Assembly: GCF_902713615.1 (NCBI RefSeq)
Contig: NC_052157.1
Location: 12,014,566-12,078,565 of the forward strand
DNA from: Scyliorhinus canicula
Lineage: Eukaryota
Reading direction: 5' to 3'
DNA length: 64,000 bases
Under the pieces are notes generated by a model. The model did not search any database and was not told the origin of the DNA. It saw only the letters and a list, made by a program, of their open reading frames with translations. The position numbers and the translations under genes were made by a program. This document shows, one piece after another, positions 36,620 to 49,765 of this stretch; within the stretch, counting starts at the first letter, position 1, and every line of letters begins with the position of its first letter.

Positions 36620-39590
36620 AGCGGATCAAAGTTAAAGGCCGATTTTAGGGCACGTTTGACAGGGAGTTTCACAATGGCCGCGCCGGCGAGATCGCAGCCC
36701 ATATTCAACAGAATGAGCCCCCACAAAAATCTTGATATTATTGGTTCCCTCATCGTGTGATTCGCGCCTCAGCTGCTCGCCGCTAACAAGGAGCTGCTTT
36801 TAAGAGCTCCCACACCACTCACTCCCTGTTAATACACAAGCCGTCAGCACGCAGACCTGCTCCTCCTTTTGGGGATGGCAACCGCATAAGACTTCTCGAC
36901 GATGTGGATGAGAAGCGGGGCACCCTGTTCCCACAAGGGGCTCGGAGGACTAGCAGCAGGGTCAGCAATGCCACCTAGGAGGCAGTCGCGGCGTCTGTGA
37001 GGGTGGGCAGCACAACTGGGAAGACCAACGACCTCCACCGAACTGCAAAGGCAAGTTATCACCTCTCCTGGCATCAGTTCCACTTGCCACCCCTCCCGCA
37101 CAAACTCCCCACATCCGATCTTCAAGTTTGTTCCTCACCCTGGCACCCACCAGCACATCCTCGTGTCCAGGTTGTGGTGCCTACCTGCTATAGACCTGCC
37201 TGAACCATCAAGCGCGTGGCTCACAACGTCCTCTCTTTGTGAATGGGAAAGGGCCAAAACAGGGGGAGGAATCCCAAAGATTCGAGGCCGCACCACCCAT
37301 GAGGAACAGGCCTGGAAATCGTGGGGTTTACAAGGAGAGAGCAGTCACCAAGAGCAAGGTTGGCTTGCACCAGAGTGGTGAGGATCCACTGCCCCTTCAC
37401 CCAGATGACTTGACAAAATGATCCATCCCTCTCACTGATCCCATATCCATTGTCTAGCAATGGATCTCCATCTGATGAGGCCAGGCCATCTGGAGTAATA
37501 TACCACGCCACCTCCACACACACCCCCCCCACCCCCCTAAGAGAACACCTCGGAGGAGAGATCATTGGAGATCCCCAGTGAGGTGTCACAGCTGTCACCC
37601 ACACCTTCCACCAGCGCAGAGACAACCACCTCGATGGCGAGACACCAGTGGACAGGTTCTGGGGCACAATCCGGTGATCTGATGCACATCAGGTGATGGC
37701 AGGACCATTCAAGGGAGACGGCAGTCGGAGGTTTGCTGGGTCCCAGGACACAGCTGGTTCTCTCAGAGTTGACACAGAGAATAGGAAACAGCCGTGAGGT
37801 TCAGGAGGGGGTGTAAACGACACTCCAGCGACTGCAATGTCAATTTGAGGAATCCCAAAGGCTTCAGGCACAGGAGATGATGCCGGCAATGCGTGGCATC
37901 GAGGCCAATACTGTTCGGGTGGAGACCGCAGTGGAAATCCTGGAGAATGACATTGAGTGGTGGTGCTTAAGACATGGCTCAGTCTGTGACGACCATGGCC
38001 GAGGGCCTCAACATCATGTTCTAGTCGGTGAGGGACATGTCCCAGACGCAGAGGGAGATTGCCGAGGCACGGCAGAGCCTGGCCCAGTCACTAAGAAGCA
38101 TTGCTGAGGGCGTCGACACCATGGTGCAGACAATGGGTGCCTCCAAGACAGCAGCACCAGATGACTCAGGCCTCTGGAGCTCATTTGAGCTGCTCCTCCA
38201 TCCCATGGAGTTCCCCAGGGCCCTACAGGTGTAGTCAGGAAGCAAGCGCTGGAAGCCAACCCGGGGTCTACCACCAAGGAGACTACAGCGGTCTACAGTT
38301 CTTCAGAATCCCCCCCCCCCCCCCCCCCCGGCCACAGGCACATCTCAACGGAAGCAGGCAGAACAGGATGGCATGGTGATGCCAGTGACATTGCTAAGTT
38401 GGTCAGGGCCCTCTGGCTCCAGGTCCTCCAGAGGATGTCTGCCAACAGCATCAAAGACCGCAGGGCGCAGAATGCAACAGGCTGCCTCCACCTCGGATGT
38501 GCATGCTGGGGACACACCTAGATGTAGCAATAAACCACAAAATTGTTGCTACCTTCTGCAGCATCTGCTTGCCTCGGCTGCCACAAGCACAGCGAGGCCA
38601 GGCTCCACGGGATCAACACCAACAAACATAGTTTTATCTGGAAGGATTTGTAGAAGAAGAGAGACTGACAATGCTAGAGCTTCCATCCCGGGACCCTTAA
38701 ATCCCACAAGCCTCCTCCACCACTTACCATGACTGTCCTGTCTTCTCTCAGAGTGCCAGCCAATGAGCCAGTTGTGCTGGCAAACCTCACTTAGTACAGA
38801 TGCTCTCACAACTAACAAGGCTGATTCCTCACTTGAAACAGCCTTCAGCTGTGAAGCTAGAGGCTGCTCACAGTTCAAGGGAGTGAAATTGAATTTCAGG
38901 AAAGAAGCTGCAGCAGGGCTCTGTCCTGGGAGAGTTTGGTAGGAGACGGGCTGCAGCCGTGCTTGCCCTGTTATGGGTCTCCACAATATTTAAAGATGGC
39001 TTGAAGGACTCACAGACGCAAAGCGCCTAACTCCCCCGGTCCAGGGGTTTCTGCTCCCCAACCAAGCCCAACCCGAGGGGGTAATTCCCCCCCCCCCCAA
39101 CCCCACTGGGGCAGCAGCTCTGGTGCTGTTGAGCTGTAAGCCAGAAAATGGAAATGGCTACTCATCTCCTCAGAAGTCTTTGCGCTAGTATCGTGCTTTT
39201 GAAAAGGAGTACTAAACGACGTCCGCCTGACCTCCCGCTGGGGAATCGGATTAACTCCCAGGAGAGAGGCAGCACGGTGGCGCAGTGGGTTAGCACTGCT
39301 GCCTCACGGCGCCAAGGTCCCAGGTTCGATCCCGGCTCTGGGTCACTGCCCGTGTGGAGTTTGCACATTCTCCCCGTGTTTGCGTGGGTTTCGCCCCCAC
39401 AACCCAAAAATGTGCAGCGTAGGTGGATTGGCCACGCTAAATTGCCCCTTAATTGGAAAAATGAATTGATACACTAAATTTAAAATTAATTAAAAAAATA
39501 AAAAAAAACTCCCAGGAGAGCGCTGCATTTGACTTCAATCTCGTTAATGAGATTGAAATGAATGCAAATTAGGGTTGATGATATTCTCGT
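36620..39590 (+). mobile_element. Decayed PIF/Harbinger-type DNA transposon in the AEN last intron
   Basis: From about 36853 reads RPAPPFGDGNRIRLLDDVDEKRGTLFP...*EAVAASV...KTNDLHRTAK, then ERAKTGGGIP: a Myb/SANT-like accessory protein remnant with stops. Confidence 0.55.
39267..39506 (+). mobile_element. Short A-tailed HE1-type SINE, 14-bp TSD
   Basis: TSD aactcccaggagag at 39253-39266 and 39507-39520. Confidence 0.9.
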
Positions 39591-40515
39591 CATTTTCGTG
39601 ATCTCAAATGACGAGTCAAAATACAAGAGGGAGATAGAAAACCTCGTGGAGGAGTGCAATGGCTATAATCGCTTCTCAATGTCAGCAAAACAAAGGAGCT
39701 GGTCATTGACTTCAGGCGCAAAGTGTCGTCCACACTGCTGTCTGCATCAATGACGCGGAGGTGGAGATGGTGACAGCTTCAAACTACGAGGTGTTAACAT
39801 CACCAACAATCTGTCCTGGTCCACCCATGTTGGCGCTACGACCAAGAAAGCACAACAGCACCTACACGTCCTCAGGAAATTAGACATGTCCACAATGACT
39901 CTTACCAATTTCTATAGATGTATCATAGAATGCATCCTATCTGGCTGCATCACAGCCTGGTGTGGCAACTGCTCGGACCAAGACCACAAGAAACTACAGA
40001 GTCATGAACACGGCCCAGTCCATCATGCAAAACCGCCTCCCATCCATTGACTCTGTCTGCACCTCCCGCTGTCTTGAGAAAGTGGGCAGCATAATCAAAG
40101 ACACCCCCCCAACCCAGACTATTCTTTCTTCCAACGTCTTCTTTCGGCCTATCGGGCAGAAGATACAAAATTTTGAGAACACACACCAATAGATTCAAAA
40201 ACAGTTTAACGTACCAATAGATTCAAAAACAGCTTCTTCCCCGCCGTTACCGCACTCCTGAATGGCCCTCTTATAATCTGAACTGATCTTATAGACTGAA
40301 CTGGTCCTTTTACGCACCTTCTCTACAACTGCAGCACTATATACTTCACCCACTGTAGCACTATATACACTGTATACTTCACCCACCGTCTACGTTCATG
40401 TACCTTCATGTATTTATTTATGTTTGATATTTTCCTGTATGGAGCAATCTGCCAGATTTGTACGTAGAACAATACTTTCACTGTATCTCAGTACATGTCA
40501 CAAGTGACAATAAAT
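39590..40515 (+). mobile_element. Rex1/Babar LINE 3' fragment
   Basis: ISNDESKYKREIENLV...LNVSKTKELVIDFR...LSWSTH...KKAQQHL; AATAAA near 40508. Confidence 0.75.
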
Positions 40516-41232
40516 AGAAATCGAACCTAGATTCTTCCTTTTTGTAGATGGTCATTGCCGAGCACTTTTGTGGCGTCAATGTTCACAGGATTTACAGTGC
40601 AGAAGGAGGCCATTTGGCCCATTGAGTCTGCACCGGCCCTTGGAAAGAGTACCCTACTTCAGCCCAAGGCTCCACCCTATCTCCGTAACCCAGTAACCCC
40701 ACCCAACCTTTCGGACACTAAGGAACAATTTAGCATGGCCAATCTACTTGTCAGCTCAAGTATGAATATTGTCCAGGTTTTGCTGCTTTTGAACATGAAC
40801 TCCTAGAATCATAGAATCAACGGCACGGAAACAGGCCCTTTGGCCCAAACTGGTCCATGCCAATCAAAAGCCCATCTAAGCTAACCCTATTTGCCTGCAT
40901 TTAGCCCATATCTTTCGAAACCTTTCCTATCCATGTATCTGTTCAAATGGCTTTTAAATATTGTCACCATGGTCTGTATCCGAGGTGTCAGGAATGGTGT
41001 ACATTGTGCAGTCATCAGCAAATATTAGCAAACATCCCCACTTCTGACCTTATCCTGGAAGGAAGGTCTTTGATGAAGCATCCGAGGATAGTTGTGCCTC
41101 AAGTACTACCTTGAGGAACTCCAGCAGTGATGTCCTCGGACTGAGATGATTGACCTCCAACCACCACAACCATCTTCCTTTGTGCCAGATATAACACCCA
41201 GAGCAAAGGAATCAGTTGGTTCACATACTCAC

Positions 41233-41433
41233 CTGGATGTTTTTACCCAGAAGCTGTTTGGCCAGATTCTTCAGAGACACGGATTCTCGGTCAGGAAAAC
41301 CAGCCTTCCTCTTCAACATTGGGACCTTACTTGTGTCCCGTGTCAGAGATCTCGGATGGAAATACTTCAGTGCTTTAAAGTCATTGTGCAAAGCATGGCC
41401 CACAACAATCTTACCCTTCAAGATCTTCATGAT
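41233..41433 (-). CDS. AEN: AEN second coding exon (201 bp)
   Basis: Acceptor tttag|ATC and donor CAG|GTGAGT. Reads [35 protein letters not shown]...[15 protein letters not shown]. Confidence 0.93.
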
Positions 41434-43566
41434 CTAAATTGAAGCAGAAATTTAAAACGGTTAATAATCTTTCAGATTTACTATCTCCTTCCCAAGTCAT
41501 TAAACATTCAAACTTGGACATACAATGGCTGTTCCGGTGTCATCAGGAGAGGCGGTTGTGTAGTGGTATTATAACCGGACTAGTAACCGAGAGTAATGCT
41601 CTGGGGACCTTGGATCAAATCCCACCATGGCAGATGGTGAAATCTGAATCCAATTAAAAAATATAGAATCAGGAATTAAAAGTCAATGAGACCACTGTCA
41701 TAAAATACCACACGGTTCACTAATGCCCTTTGGGGAAGGGCCTGATCTGGTCCACATGTGACACCAGATCCACAACATGCAGTTGACTCTCAAATGCCCT
41801 TTGAAATGTTCCAGCAGGCAATTCAGTTCAGGGGCAATTAGGGATGCTGGAGCGAGCAATGCCCACATCCCATGAATTATTATTTTTAAATTCCCTACCC
41901 AACAGCACTATGGGAATCCCTTTACTACATGGATTACAGCTCATCTTCTCAAGAGATATGAATAAATAGATATTGTGAGTGATATCAAGAATAAATCAGA
42001 TTTTAAATTATTTCCATTTGAACATGTCTTTATAGTGTCTTTACACCCTGCAACATAGTCCATATTTCAATTTCAAAGCTCTGTAGAAGGATCTTTTAGG
42101 CCCAAAACATTAACTTTGTTTCGCCCTCCACAGATGCCGCCAGGCCTGCTGAGTTTATCCAGCATTTCCTGTTTCTATTTCCGATTTCAATGATTGTGCT
42201 ACTGACCACAGGGAAAGGCTGTGTTTAGTTTCTTGAATATAAAAATGGCAACAGCGTCTCCATTGCAGCACATCTCTGACCCGACTTCAACCACAGCCCA
42301 CAGACCTACCCAACTATCCAAACCAGGCCTAGCCTCAAATCATTTCCTCATCCTTTACTGAAGATGTACTCCAATCCCTGACCCATCTACGAGAGAAGTC
42401 ACAATAAATGCCTCAAATTACAAACTCCTCTCGCAAACCATGTCCAGTGTTAGTGTCTGATCAACACCATGATCATTTGTCTTAGTTTAACTCGATGTCA
42501 GATGTAATTATAATGATGCCGCCTGCTCAGTTTGAGGGTATTGCCACACTGGGATCTGTTGTTTTCTTTGAACAAACCCTTACACTGTCCTCAGTAACCT
42601 TTCGGAAAGGTTATAGCTGTTTCTCGCGCACTTCCCACAGATGCTCCTGAGTATTTGCAACATTCTGGGCCGAATTTTCTGAGTGGCAATCACCGTCAGA
42701 TAGTCAATCCGCTCCTATTTATTTACCTTGCACCAGAGCTCCAGACTTACTGCCAGATAACAGTGAAAAGAGTGTGTATGATTCAGACTGCTGGACCAGT
42801 CTATCCTTGTCAGGAACCCGGACACAAGCAGGAAAGAACAGATCACAGAAAACATTAGACAGGGGATGGGAGTGGGAGATGGGAGCATGTCTGCAATCAC
42901 CACTCACTTGTTTAGTCTTGATCACAATGCCCTAGGTGATTGTCAACTGCACGATTGGCCCTACGTCACTTATCTCCTGGAGGTCACAGACCCCCAAACT
43001 GAGAACCACTGTTGTGCTCATTGAGAATTGCCATTATTCACTTCTTTAATATGAAAGGAATCCATAAAACGGGGAATATCAAAGGTGGTCATTGGTGTGA
43101 TTAGACTTGCTTTTACATTGCACTTTCAAAACCTCAGGACATCCCAAAATGCTCTTTAAAAGGGTACTTTTAAATGGTGGCAGCTGTTGCAATGTACTAA
43201 ATGTGGCAGCCAATTTGCACACAGCAAGATCTCACAAGCAACAACATAGTAATGAGTAGATAAATCTATTTTAGTGATGCCAGTTGAAGGTTAAACATTG
43301 GCCAGGACACGGGGGAGCACTTCCACTCCCCTCTGTGAAAGAGCATTATGGGAACACTTACATCCGCCCAAGAAAGCAGGCGGGATCTTCGATTCATGCT
43401 TCAGCTGAACGATGCCATCTCTTGCTGTGCAGCACTCCGTACCAGGCAAGGGGTGTCAGCCTGGATGGAGAGAATATTGAACCCATAACATCCTGACTCA
43501 GAGGGAAGTGTGCTATAAATTGCACTCAAGATTTTTAAGACATTTTTAAATGTTCAGTTAACCCAC

Positions 43567-44310
43567 CTCCTTCTGTGCAACATCAAATCCAATTGCGTTC
43601 ACCATGTGCTGCTTTCGGATGCCACTCCACCTGGTCCGGTAGTCGGTGATGGGGTGCCCTGGTTTCACATACTTGTCGTAGATGACATCGCCCTGATAGT
43701 TAACAATGCTGCACCTGGCTACCTCGTTAACACGGCCACAGGGGCCCGTGCCCACCATCTCACAATCAATCGCCAAATATTTGGCAGGCTTGGAACAGAA
43801 GTGTGGTGGGCTTGCCAGGCAAGAGGCAGAGTCCACACGAGTCAGTGGGGCTGTCCTTTGTACAGAGCGAGCTCTGCTGCTCGGTTTTGTGGACTTTAGA
43901 AAGAAAGTAAAGTGGCTGCTTTCAGCTTCAGGCTGGGAAGCACCAGGCAAGATGGAGCGATTTATATTCTCATCAGAAGCGCTCGGCCGCTCGGTGTCCC
44001 AGGAATGAGTAGTGTGGTTTAGGTTACTGGCACTCGGGCCACTTGCTTGGTCAAATGGTCCTTCCATCTTTTTGAACCGACTCAGTTTCAGGATCCCTTT
44101 CTTTTCCAAAAAGGCCTTCCTTTCCAGAAAGCGCGCATGCCGCCGGCTAGGCTTCTTCTTGCGCTTCGCAGTCCGTCCACTGGGACTAAGAGTCTCGCCG
44201 GACGTGCAGTGGAGGAACTGGGTTGAGCTGGAAGACCCTTGGAGCAGTCGCCTAGAAGATGAGTCCTTGGAGACAGGGGAATCCACTCTCTTGCCAGCCA
44301 CACTTGGCAT
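43567..44310 (-). CDS. AEN: Apoptosis-enhancing nuclease, first coding exon (248 codons; the exon starts at acceptor 44319)
   Basis: Acceptor tctttgcag|GTTCCAAGAATG. Basic segment [26 protein letters not shown] resembles the AEN nuclear/nucleolar signal region. Then [14 protein letters not shown]...[31 protein letters not shown]. Donor GAG|GTGGGT. Confidence 0.9.
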
Positions 44311-46169
44311 TCTTGGAACCTGCAAAGACAATAGAAAGTCCTTTATCATGGGGAGGGTCACAGCAATAATTTAACAGAATCCTGACACTTGGCAGTTCAT
44401 CGTCCAGCGAGATCTTGATTTGAAATGCACCACCCATTGGGGTGGAGTGGATTGGAAAGACTAAAGGGGCGAGCATTCCACCCATAATCAGGATTCACAA
44501 TGCCTCAGCCCTCAAGTCAGGGAAGGATATGTTCAGAGTTTATTAAAGAAGCTCCAAAGTGCTCCAAATAGTCACACTAAAATTATCGATTTCAAAACTA
44601 TCATTTTATAGTTTGAATTGATAGGTTAAATATTTTGTACTAAATTGACAAAGCAATTTACCTGCATTATTAGAAACCATCCAGATTAGTTAAGTAGATG
44701 GCGGTAGACGGCCTTAATTGTGAGACAATTAAAGAATAAGTAATTCACTAATTGATATGCAAGGAAGGCTTGAAATGCATTTTGGAACACAAGTTTATAA
44801 CTTTTATAATTATAAACACATTAACACTCGATTATTTATACAGATTCTAAAAAGGCAATGAGAATTTTAAGATGTGCCCTTCTCAGGTGGTCAGAAAAAA
44901 AGCTAACGTGACTTTAAGTTTAACCTTGATGTTAGGAGTGAATAGGCTGCTATTCAAGGTGTTTTATCTTTAAATGACAAGCAGCTATATTAATCAATTA
45001 TTGGTCGACACTTAGGCTAACTAAAGATAAGAGACACATCTTAAGAAGTCTTGTGTAAGCTAAAATCCAATTTCATTATTGACAAATTATAGACTAATTT
45101 TTCAACACTTGACTAAGGTGGACTTTCATTGTCTTCGAGGAATAAACAAAGGAGTCCTCAGAAACTATTTTGGCAGAGAGGTGGTGAGAGAGAAATGTTT
45201 ACAGAGAGGTGTTGTTTTGCATGGTTTCCAGGTCTGCACTTCACGCCCTGGTCTGAGGAGGGTGGTGAGAAGTTTGTTCAATTGTTTAAAGTTCAGCATT
45301 CTTCTCTTACAGTGAATTGACACTTTGTTTTTTTTTTAAATCTTCCTAACATGTTAACTTTTTAAACAGTTAATAAATACTCTGAATTATCTATTTAAAT
45401 TGTTCCTTCTTGCCGTATGGTTAAGTCTCTGGAACCTGGTATGATTTACCATTCTGGCCGTTGTGTTTGAAGTGGGGCTCCCCTGCCTGGTCAGACGGAA
45501 GGTTCCTATGGCTTTAATTAAAGAACAGAGAATACAGGCCAATGATTAGGACTGCAGAGTGGTTAGCACTGCTGCCTCACAGAACTAGGGACCCAGGTTC
45601 AATTCCGGCCTTGGGTCACTCTGCATGGAGTTTGCACTTTCTCCCCGTGTCTACGTGAGTTTCCTCCGGGAGTTCCGGTTTCCTCCCTCAGTCCAAAGAT
45701 GTGCGGGTTAGGTGGATTGGCTACCCTAAATCGCCCCTTAAATTTGCTGGAGATGTGCAGGTGAGGTTCTGGGAATGCAGCGGGGTGGGCATGGGTGTGT
45801 CAACGGGTCAGTGCAGACCCGATGGGCCGAATGGTCTCATGTTGCACTGTAGGGATTCAAACAAAAACACCTCAAACACATTAACATTTCTCCTCGTGAT
45901 CTGTGAGCAATTTTGTCTGTGGACTAACTGCACAAACTGAATAAATTAAATCACAGCTTACATTATCATTTTTAAAATTAAAAAAATTAGTCCAATTAAG
46001 GGGCAATTTAGCACAGCTACCCCAGGCATCATTGGGCGGTGGGTGGGGGTGAGACTCGGGCAGACACGAGGAGGATGCAGTAACCTGCATTTATGTAGCG
46101 CCTTGTGGGCCATCAAAGCCTGACAGTTTACCCAGGCTGCAAACAATGCGATTCGCACACAGCAAGATC

Positions 46170-46560
46170 CCACAGACAGCAGCGGGTGTTTGGCCAGATA
46201 ACCTGGGCTACCCCAGGCCCCTCAGCCCGGCTCCGGGTTACCTCAGTTCGGTGGCGCTCTCCCCCCTCTCTCTCACCGGGCACCCGCTGCCACGTGCCGT
46301 GCCTTCCCGTCCCGTCCTCCCACCTCACGCCGATTGGTCCGCTAGCCGCCGCCTTTGGGGGAGGGGCTTCACCGGGCGATCTCCGATTGGCTACTCTGGC
46401 AACCGCCCCAGCGCCCCATTGGCCGCTCCTGCTCGAACGTCACAGGAGGCGGCGGCGAGTCACCGCGGCCACAAGAAGCGACTCGGGGCGCTCAGGCGCG
46501 CTGGCGTTCCAACAGCGCCGCCCGTGGCCGGAAGGCGGAAAGGCAACACGGGGACGGGTA
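46170..46560. promoter_or_regulatory. CpG-island promoter of AEN
   Basis: CpG-dense unique sequence. Three CCAAT boxes on the minus strand (ATTGG at 46333, 46386, 46418), GC boxes, CACGTG at 46291 and CCGGAAG near 46528. Confidence 0.7.
46242..46330 (-). other. AEN: AEN non-coding first exon (5' end approximate)
   Basis: Strong donor GAG|GTAACC at 46242/46241 inside a CpG-rich stretch, about 1.9 kb upstream of the 44319 acceptor. Confidence 0.6.
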
Positions 46561-47639
46561 TGGAGTTAAAATAACTCATATAAAACTGCACAGAGTGAAA
46601 TGTTCAGTTAACGATACAAACTGGTGCAAATTCTTTGTCCCTACAAAGTTAATCAGGACGATGAAAACGTATTGTTCAATCTGCCAAGAAATATAGAATC
46701 ATAGAATTTGCAGTACAGAAAGAGGCCATTCAGCCAATCGAGTCTGGACAGGCCCTTGGAAAGGGCACCCTACTTAAGCCCACACCTCAACCCTATCCCC
46801 ATAACCCAGTAACCCTACCCAACCTTTTCGGACACTAAGGGCGATTTATTTTGGCCAATCCACCTAAGCTGCACGTCTTTGGACTGTGGGAGGAAACCGG
46901 AGCACCCGGAGGAAACCCACGTAGACACGGGGAGAACGTGCAGACTCGGCACAGACAGTGACCCAAGCCAGGAATCGAACCTGGGACCCTGGAGCTGTGA
47001 CCACTGTGCTACCGTGCTATAGAAACAGGAATGTGTGAATTACCTCAAGTTGATTTTATACAATGACCAGGATGCAGGCGGAGGTCATTTGGCCCATCAC
47101 CACTATGTCAGCTCACTCCAAGAGCAAATCTGCTAGTCCAATTCCCAGCCCGCCAACCTGTCCATGCACGTCACCTTGGTTTGTAAGTCTACAGTTTCTC
47201 CCTATCTACTCACACTCCGGGTCGCGATCTAACCGAATTGCAACAGTCCCGTGTCGAGCGCGATTAGCCAGGCGTTTCCCAGCACTTTCCCAAGAACCAC
47301 CACGCCGTCTAACAGGACTTTGTTGCAATCCGGGGTCTCAGCATTGATTACCCCGCCGAGGCCACACTTAGTCCTTCCTCCACTGAGGAGCTCCACTTGC
47401 CGGAACTAGCTGTCTCACTCACTCGAACATGCAGATTTGCCAAATACTGATCCCTCCCACAATGGGGTCCCAGGTTTGATTCCCGGCTTGGGTCACTGTC
47501 TGTGCGGAGTCTGCACCTTGCCTGATTCGGTGAGATCACGTGAGGCATGGTGAGCCGGGTAGATCCCAGAAGAGGGATCTACCAGCTCCGCTGCATCCCT
47601 GTTCGGGCGCAACGCGGCCGTTATATCATGCCCTAGATC

Positions 47640-48800
47640 TCTCATGATTTTGAACATGTCTGTCAAATCTCCTCGCAATCTTCTCTTCTGAAGGAGATCA
47701 GCCCCAGCTTCTCGAATCCATTCATATAACTAAAGACGTTCATTGCTGGAACCACTCTCATATATCTAAAGCCCTCCTAAAGTAAGAAACCCGCCGTATA
47801 CTTCGCTGGAGTCTGGAAAACAACTGTTCACCACTGATCTTTATCCTGTCCCTCAGCCAACTTTGAATCCATGGCAGCCATTTCCCTTTTTATTACATGA
47901 ACTCTTATATGACACTTTATCAAGTGTCTTTAGGAAGTTCGTGCACACCACATCAAACAGTATTGAATCTACTTTTTCTGATACCTCATCAAAAAACTCA
48001 ATCATGTTAGTTAATCACAATTGAACTTTAACAGATCCGCACTGGCCTTTCTTAATGAATCCAGACTTATCCAATGACTGTTAATTTTGTCCTGAATTAT
48101 TGTTCCTTAAAGTTATTCCATCACCAAAGTTAAACTGACTGGTCTGTAGCTGCTAGGCTTATCTTTGCCCCTTATCATTAGGAGAGCTAATAGAACATTA
48201 CCATTTATTGCAAAGAAAATTGAATATGCAAGTAGAGAGGTTTTGCCTCAGTTGTACAAGACACTGGTGGATACACATCTGGAGTACTGTGGGATTGGTG
48301 ATGGTATCCTTATTTAAGGAAGGATGTAAATGCATTAGAAGCAATTCGGAGAAGGTTTACTCTCAACTAATATCAGGAATGGGGGGGGGGGGTTCTCTTC
48401 TAAGGAAACATTGAACAGGTTAGGTTTGTACCACTGGAGTTTAGAAGAGAAAGAGATAACTTGAAACGTATAAGATCCTGAGGGGTATTGACAGGGTGGA
48501 TGTGATGAGGATGTTTCCTCTTATCAAGAATCTAGAACTAGGGGTAACTGCTTAGAAATAAGGGGCCGCCCATTTAAGACAAATCTGAGAAGCAGTTTTT
48601 CTCTCTCATAGGTTCGTGAGTCTTTGAAATCCCTTCCTCAAAAGGCAGTGGAAGCAGATCATTTGAATGTTTTCAAAACAGTGGGAGATAGATTCTTGAT
48701 TAGCAAGGTTATCAGGGCAAGGTGGGATGTTACAGTCAGGTTACAGTCAGATCAGCCACGATCTTATTGCAGGCTCGAGGGGGCGAGTGGCCTACTCCTG
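47640..48800. mobile_element. Old CR1 fragments in both orientations
   Basis: Degenerate YRPVSLT and QRVV..LPQKAVEA remnants. Confidence 0.6.
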
Positions 48801-48808
48801 TTCCTAAC

Positions 48809-48982
48809 AGGGGTTGGTTTAGCACAGTGGGCTAAACATCTGGCTTGTAATGCAGAACAAGGCCAGCAGCGCGGGTTCACTTCCTGTACCAGCCTCCCTG
48901 AACAGGTGCCGGAATGTGGCAACTAGGGGCTTTTCACAGTAACTTCATTGAAGCCTACTTGTGATAATAAGCGATTATTATA
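48809..48982 (+). mobile_element. Second tRNA-derived SINE family sharing that alternative tail. Similar copies at about 5030-5210(-), 30260-30428(+), 32237-32420(-)
   Basis: gggttggtttagcacagtgggctaaac...ggttc...taggggcttttcacagtaacttcattgaagcctacttgtga. Confidence 0.8.
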
Positions 48983-49094
48983 TTCTTATTAACTCGTATC
49001 TTTGTATTTGAAATTCTCCAGTTTCCAGACACCATCCTTGTATCTAAGGAGGATTGCACGATGATAGCCAATGCCTCTTTAATTTCCTCTGGTG

Positions 49095-49330
49095 GGGGCC
49101 GGTTGAGCTCAGTTGCATGGATGGCTGGTATGTGATGCAGAGAGAGGCCAACAGCGCAGGCTCAATTCCAGTACCAGCTGAGGTTATTCAGGAAGGCCCC
49201 GCCTTCTCAACCTTGCCCCTCGCCTGAGGTATGGTGATCCTCAGGTTAAATCACCACCAGTCAGCTCTTCCCCTCAAAGGGGAAAGCAGCCTATGGTCAT
49301 CTGGGACTATGACCAGTTCACTTTACTTTT
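49095..49330 (+). mobile_element. tRNA-derived SINE with a further distinct tail. Similar copies at about 27657-27872(+), 31887-32108(-)
   Basis: Tail cttgcccctcgcctgagg...cagcctatggtcatctgggactatg...ctttacttt. Confidence 0.75.
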
Positions 49331-49407
49331 AATTTCCTCCCTTACTGTCCTCAGTATCCTCAGATTCATTGCATTTTGTCGCGATTTATCACTTTAAGTA
49401 CAGTTAA

Positions 49408-49765
49408 GGAGAGACGGTGACATATTGGTATTGTCACTGGACCGGTAAAACCAGAGACCCAGAATAATGCTCTGGGGACCTAGGTTCATATCCTGCCGCT
49501 GCAGATGGCAAAATTTAAATTCAATAAAAATCTGGAATTAAAAGTCTAATGATGACAATGAAGCCATTGCCGATTGTCGTAAAAACCATCAGGTTCACTA
49601 ATGTCCTTTAGGGAAAGAAATCTGTCGTCTTTAACTGGTCTGGTCTACATGTGACTCCAGACCCACAGCAATATGATTAACTGTTAACTGTCCTCTCAAG
49701 GGCAATTAGCGATGGGCAATTAATGCTGGCCCAGAATGCGATGCCCACGCCTCTTGAACAAATTT
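49408..49765 (+). mobile_element. tRNA-derived SINE with a different body. Similar copies at 2990-3125+4063-4240 (split by L1) and 41547-41885
   Basis: tgtcactggac...ggttcactaatgtcctttaggg...gggcaattag.gatgggcaa shared by three copies. Confidence 0.75.

Noticed and set aside
44311-44361. Upstream extension of the AEN ORF ([14 protein letters not shown])
   Set aside because: It runs through a polypyrimidine tract and AG acceptor at 44320-44321, so it is intronic.
44480-45500. AT-rich LTR-like block in AEN intron 1 (also 63017-63260)
   Set aside because: No clear TG..CA ends or TSD could be established.
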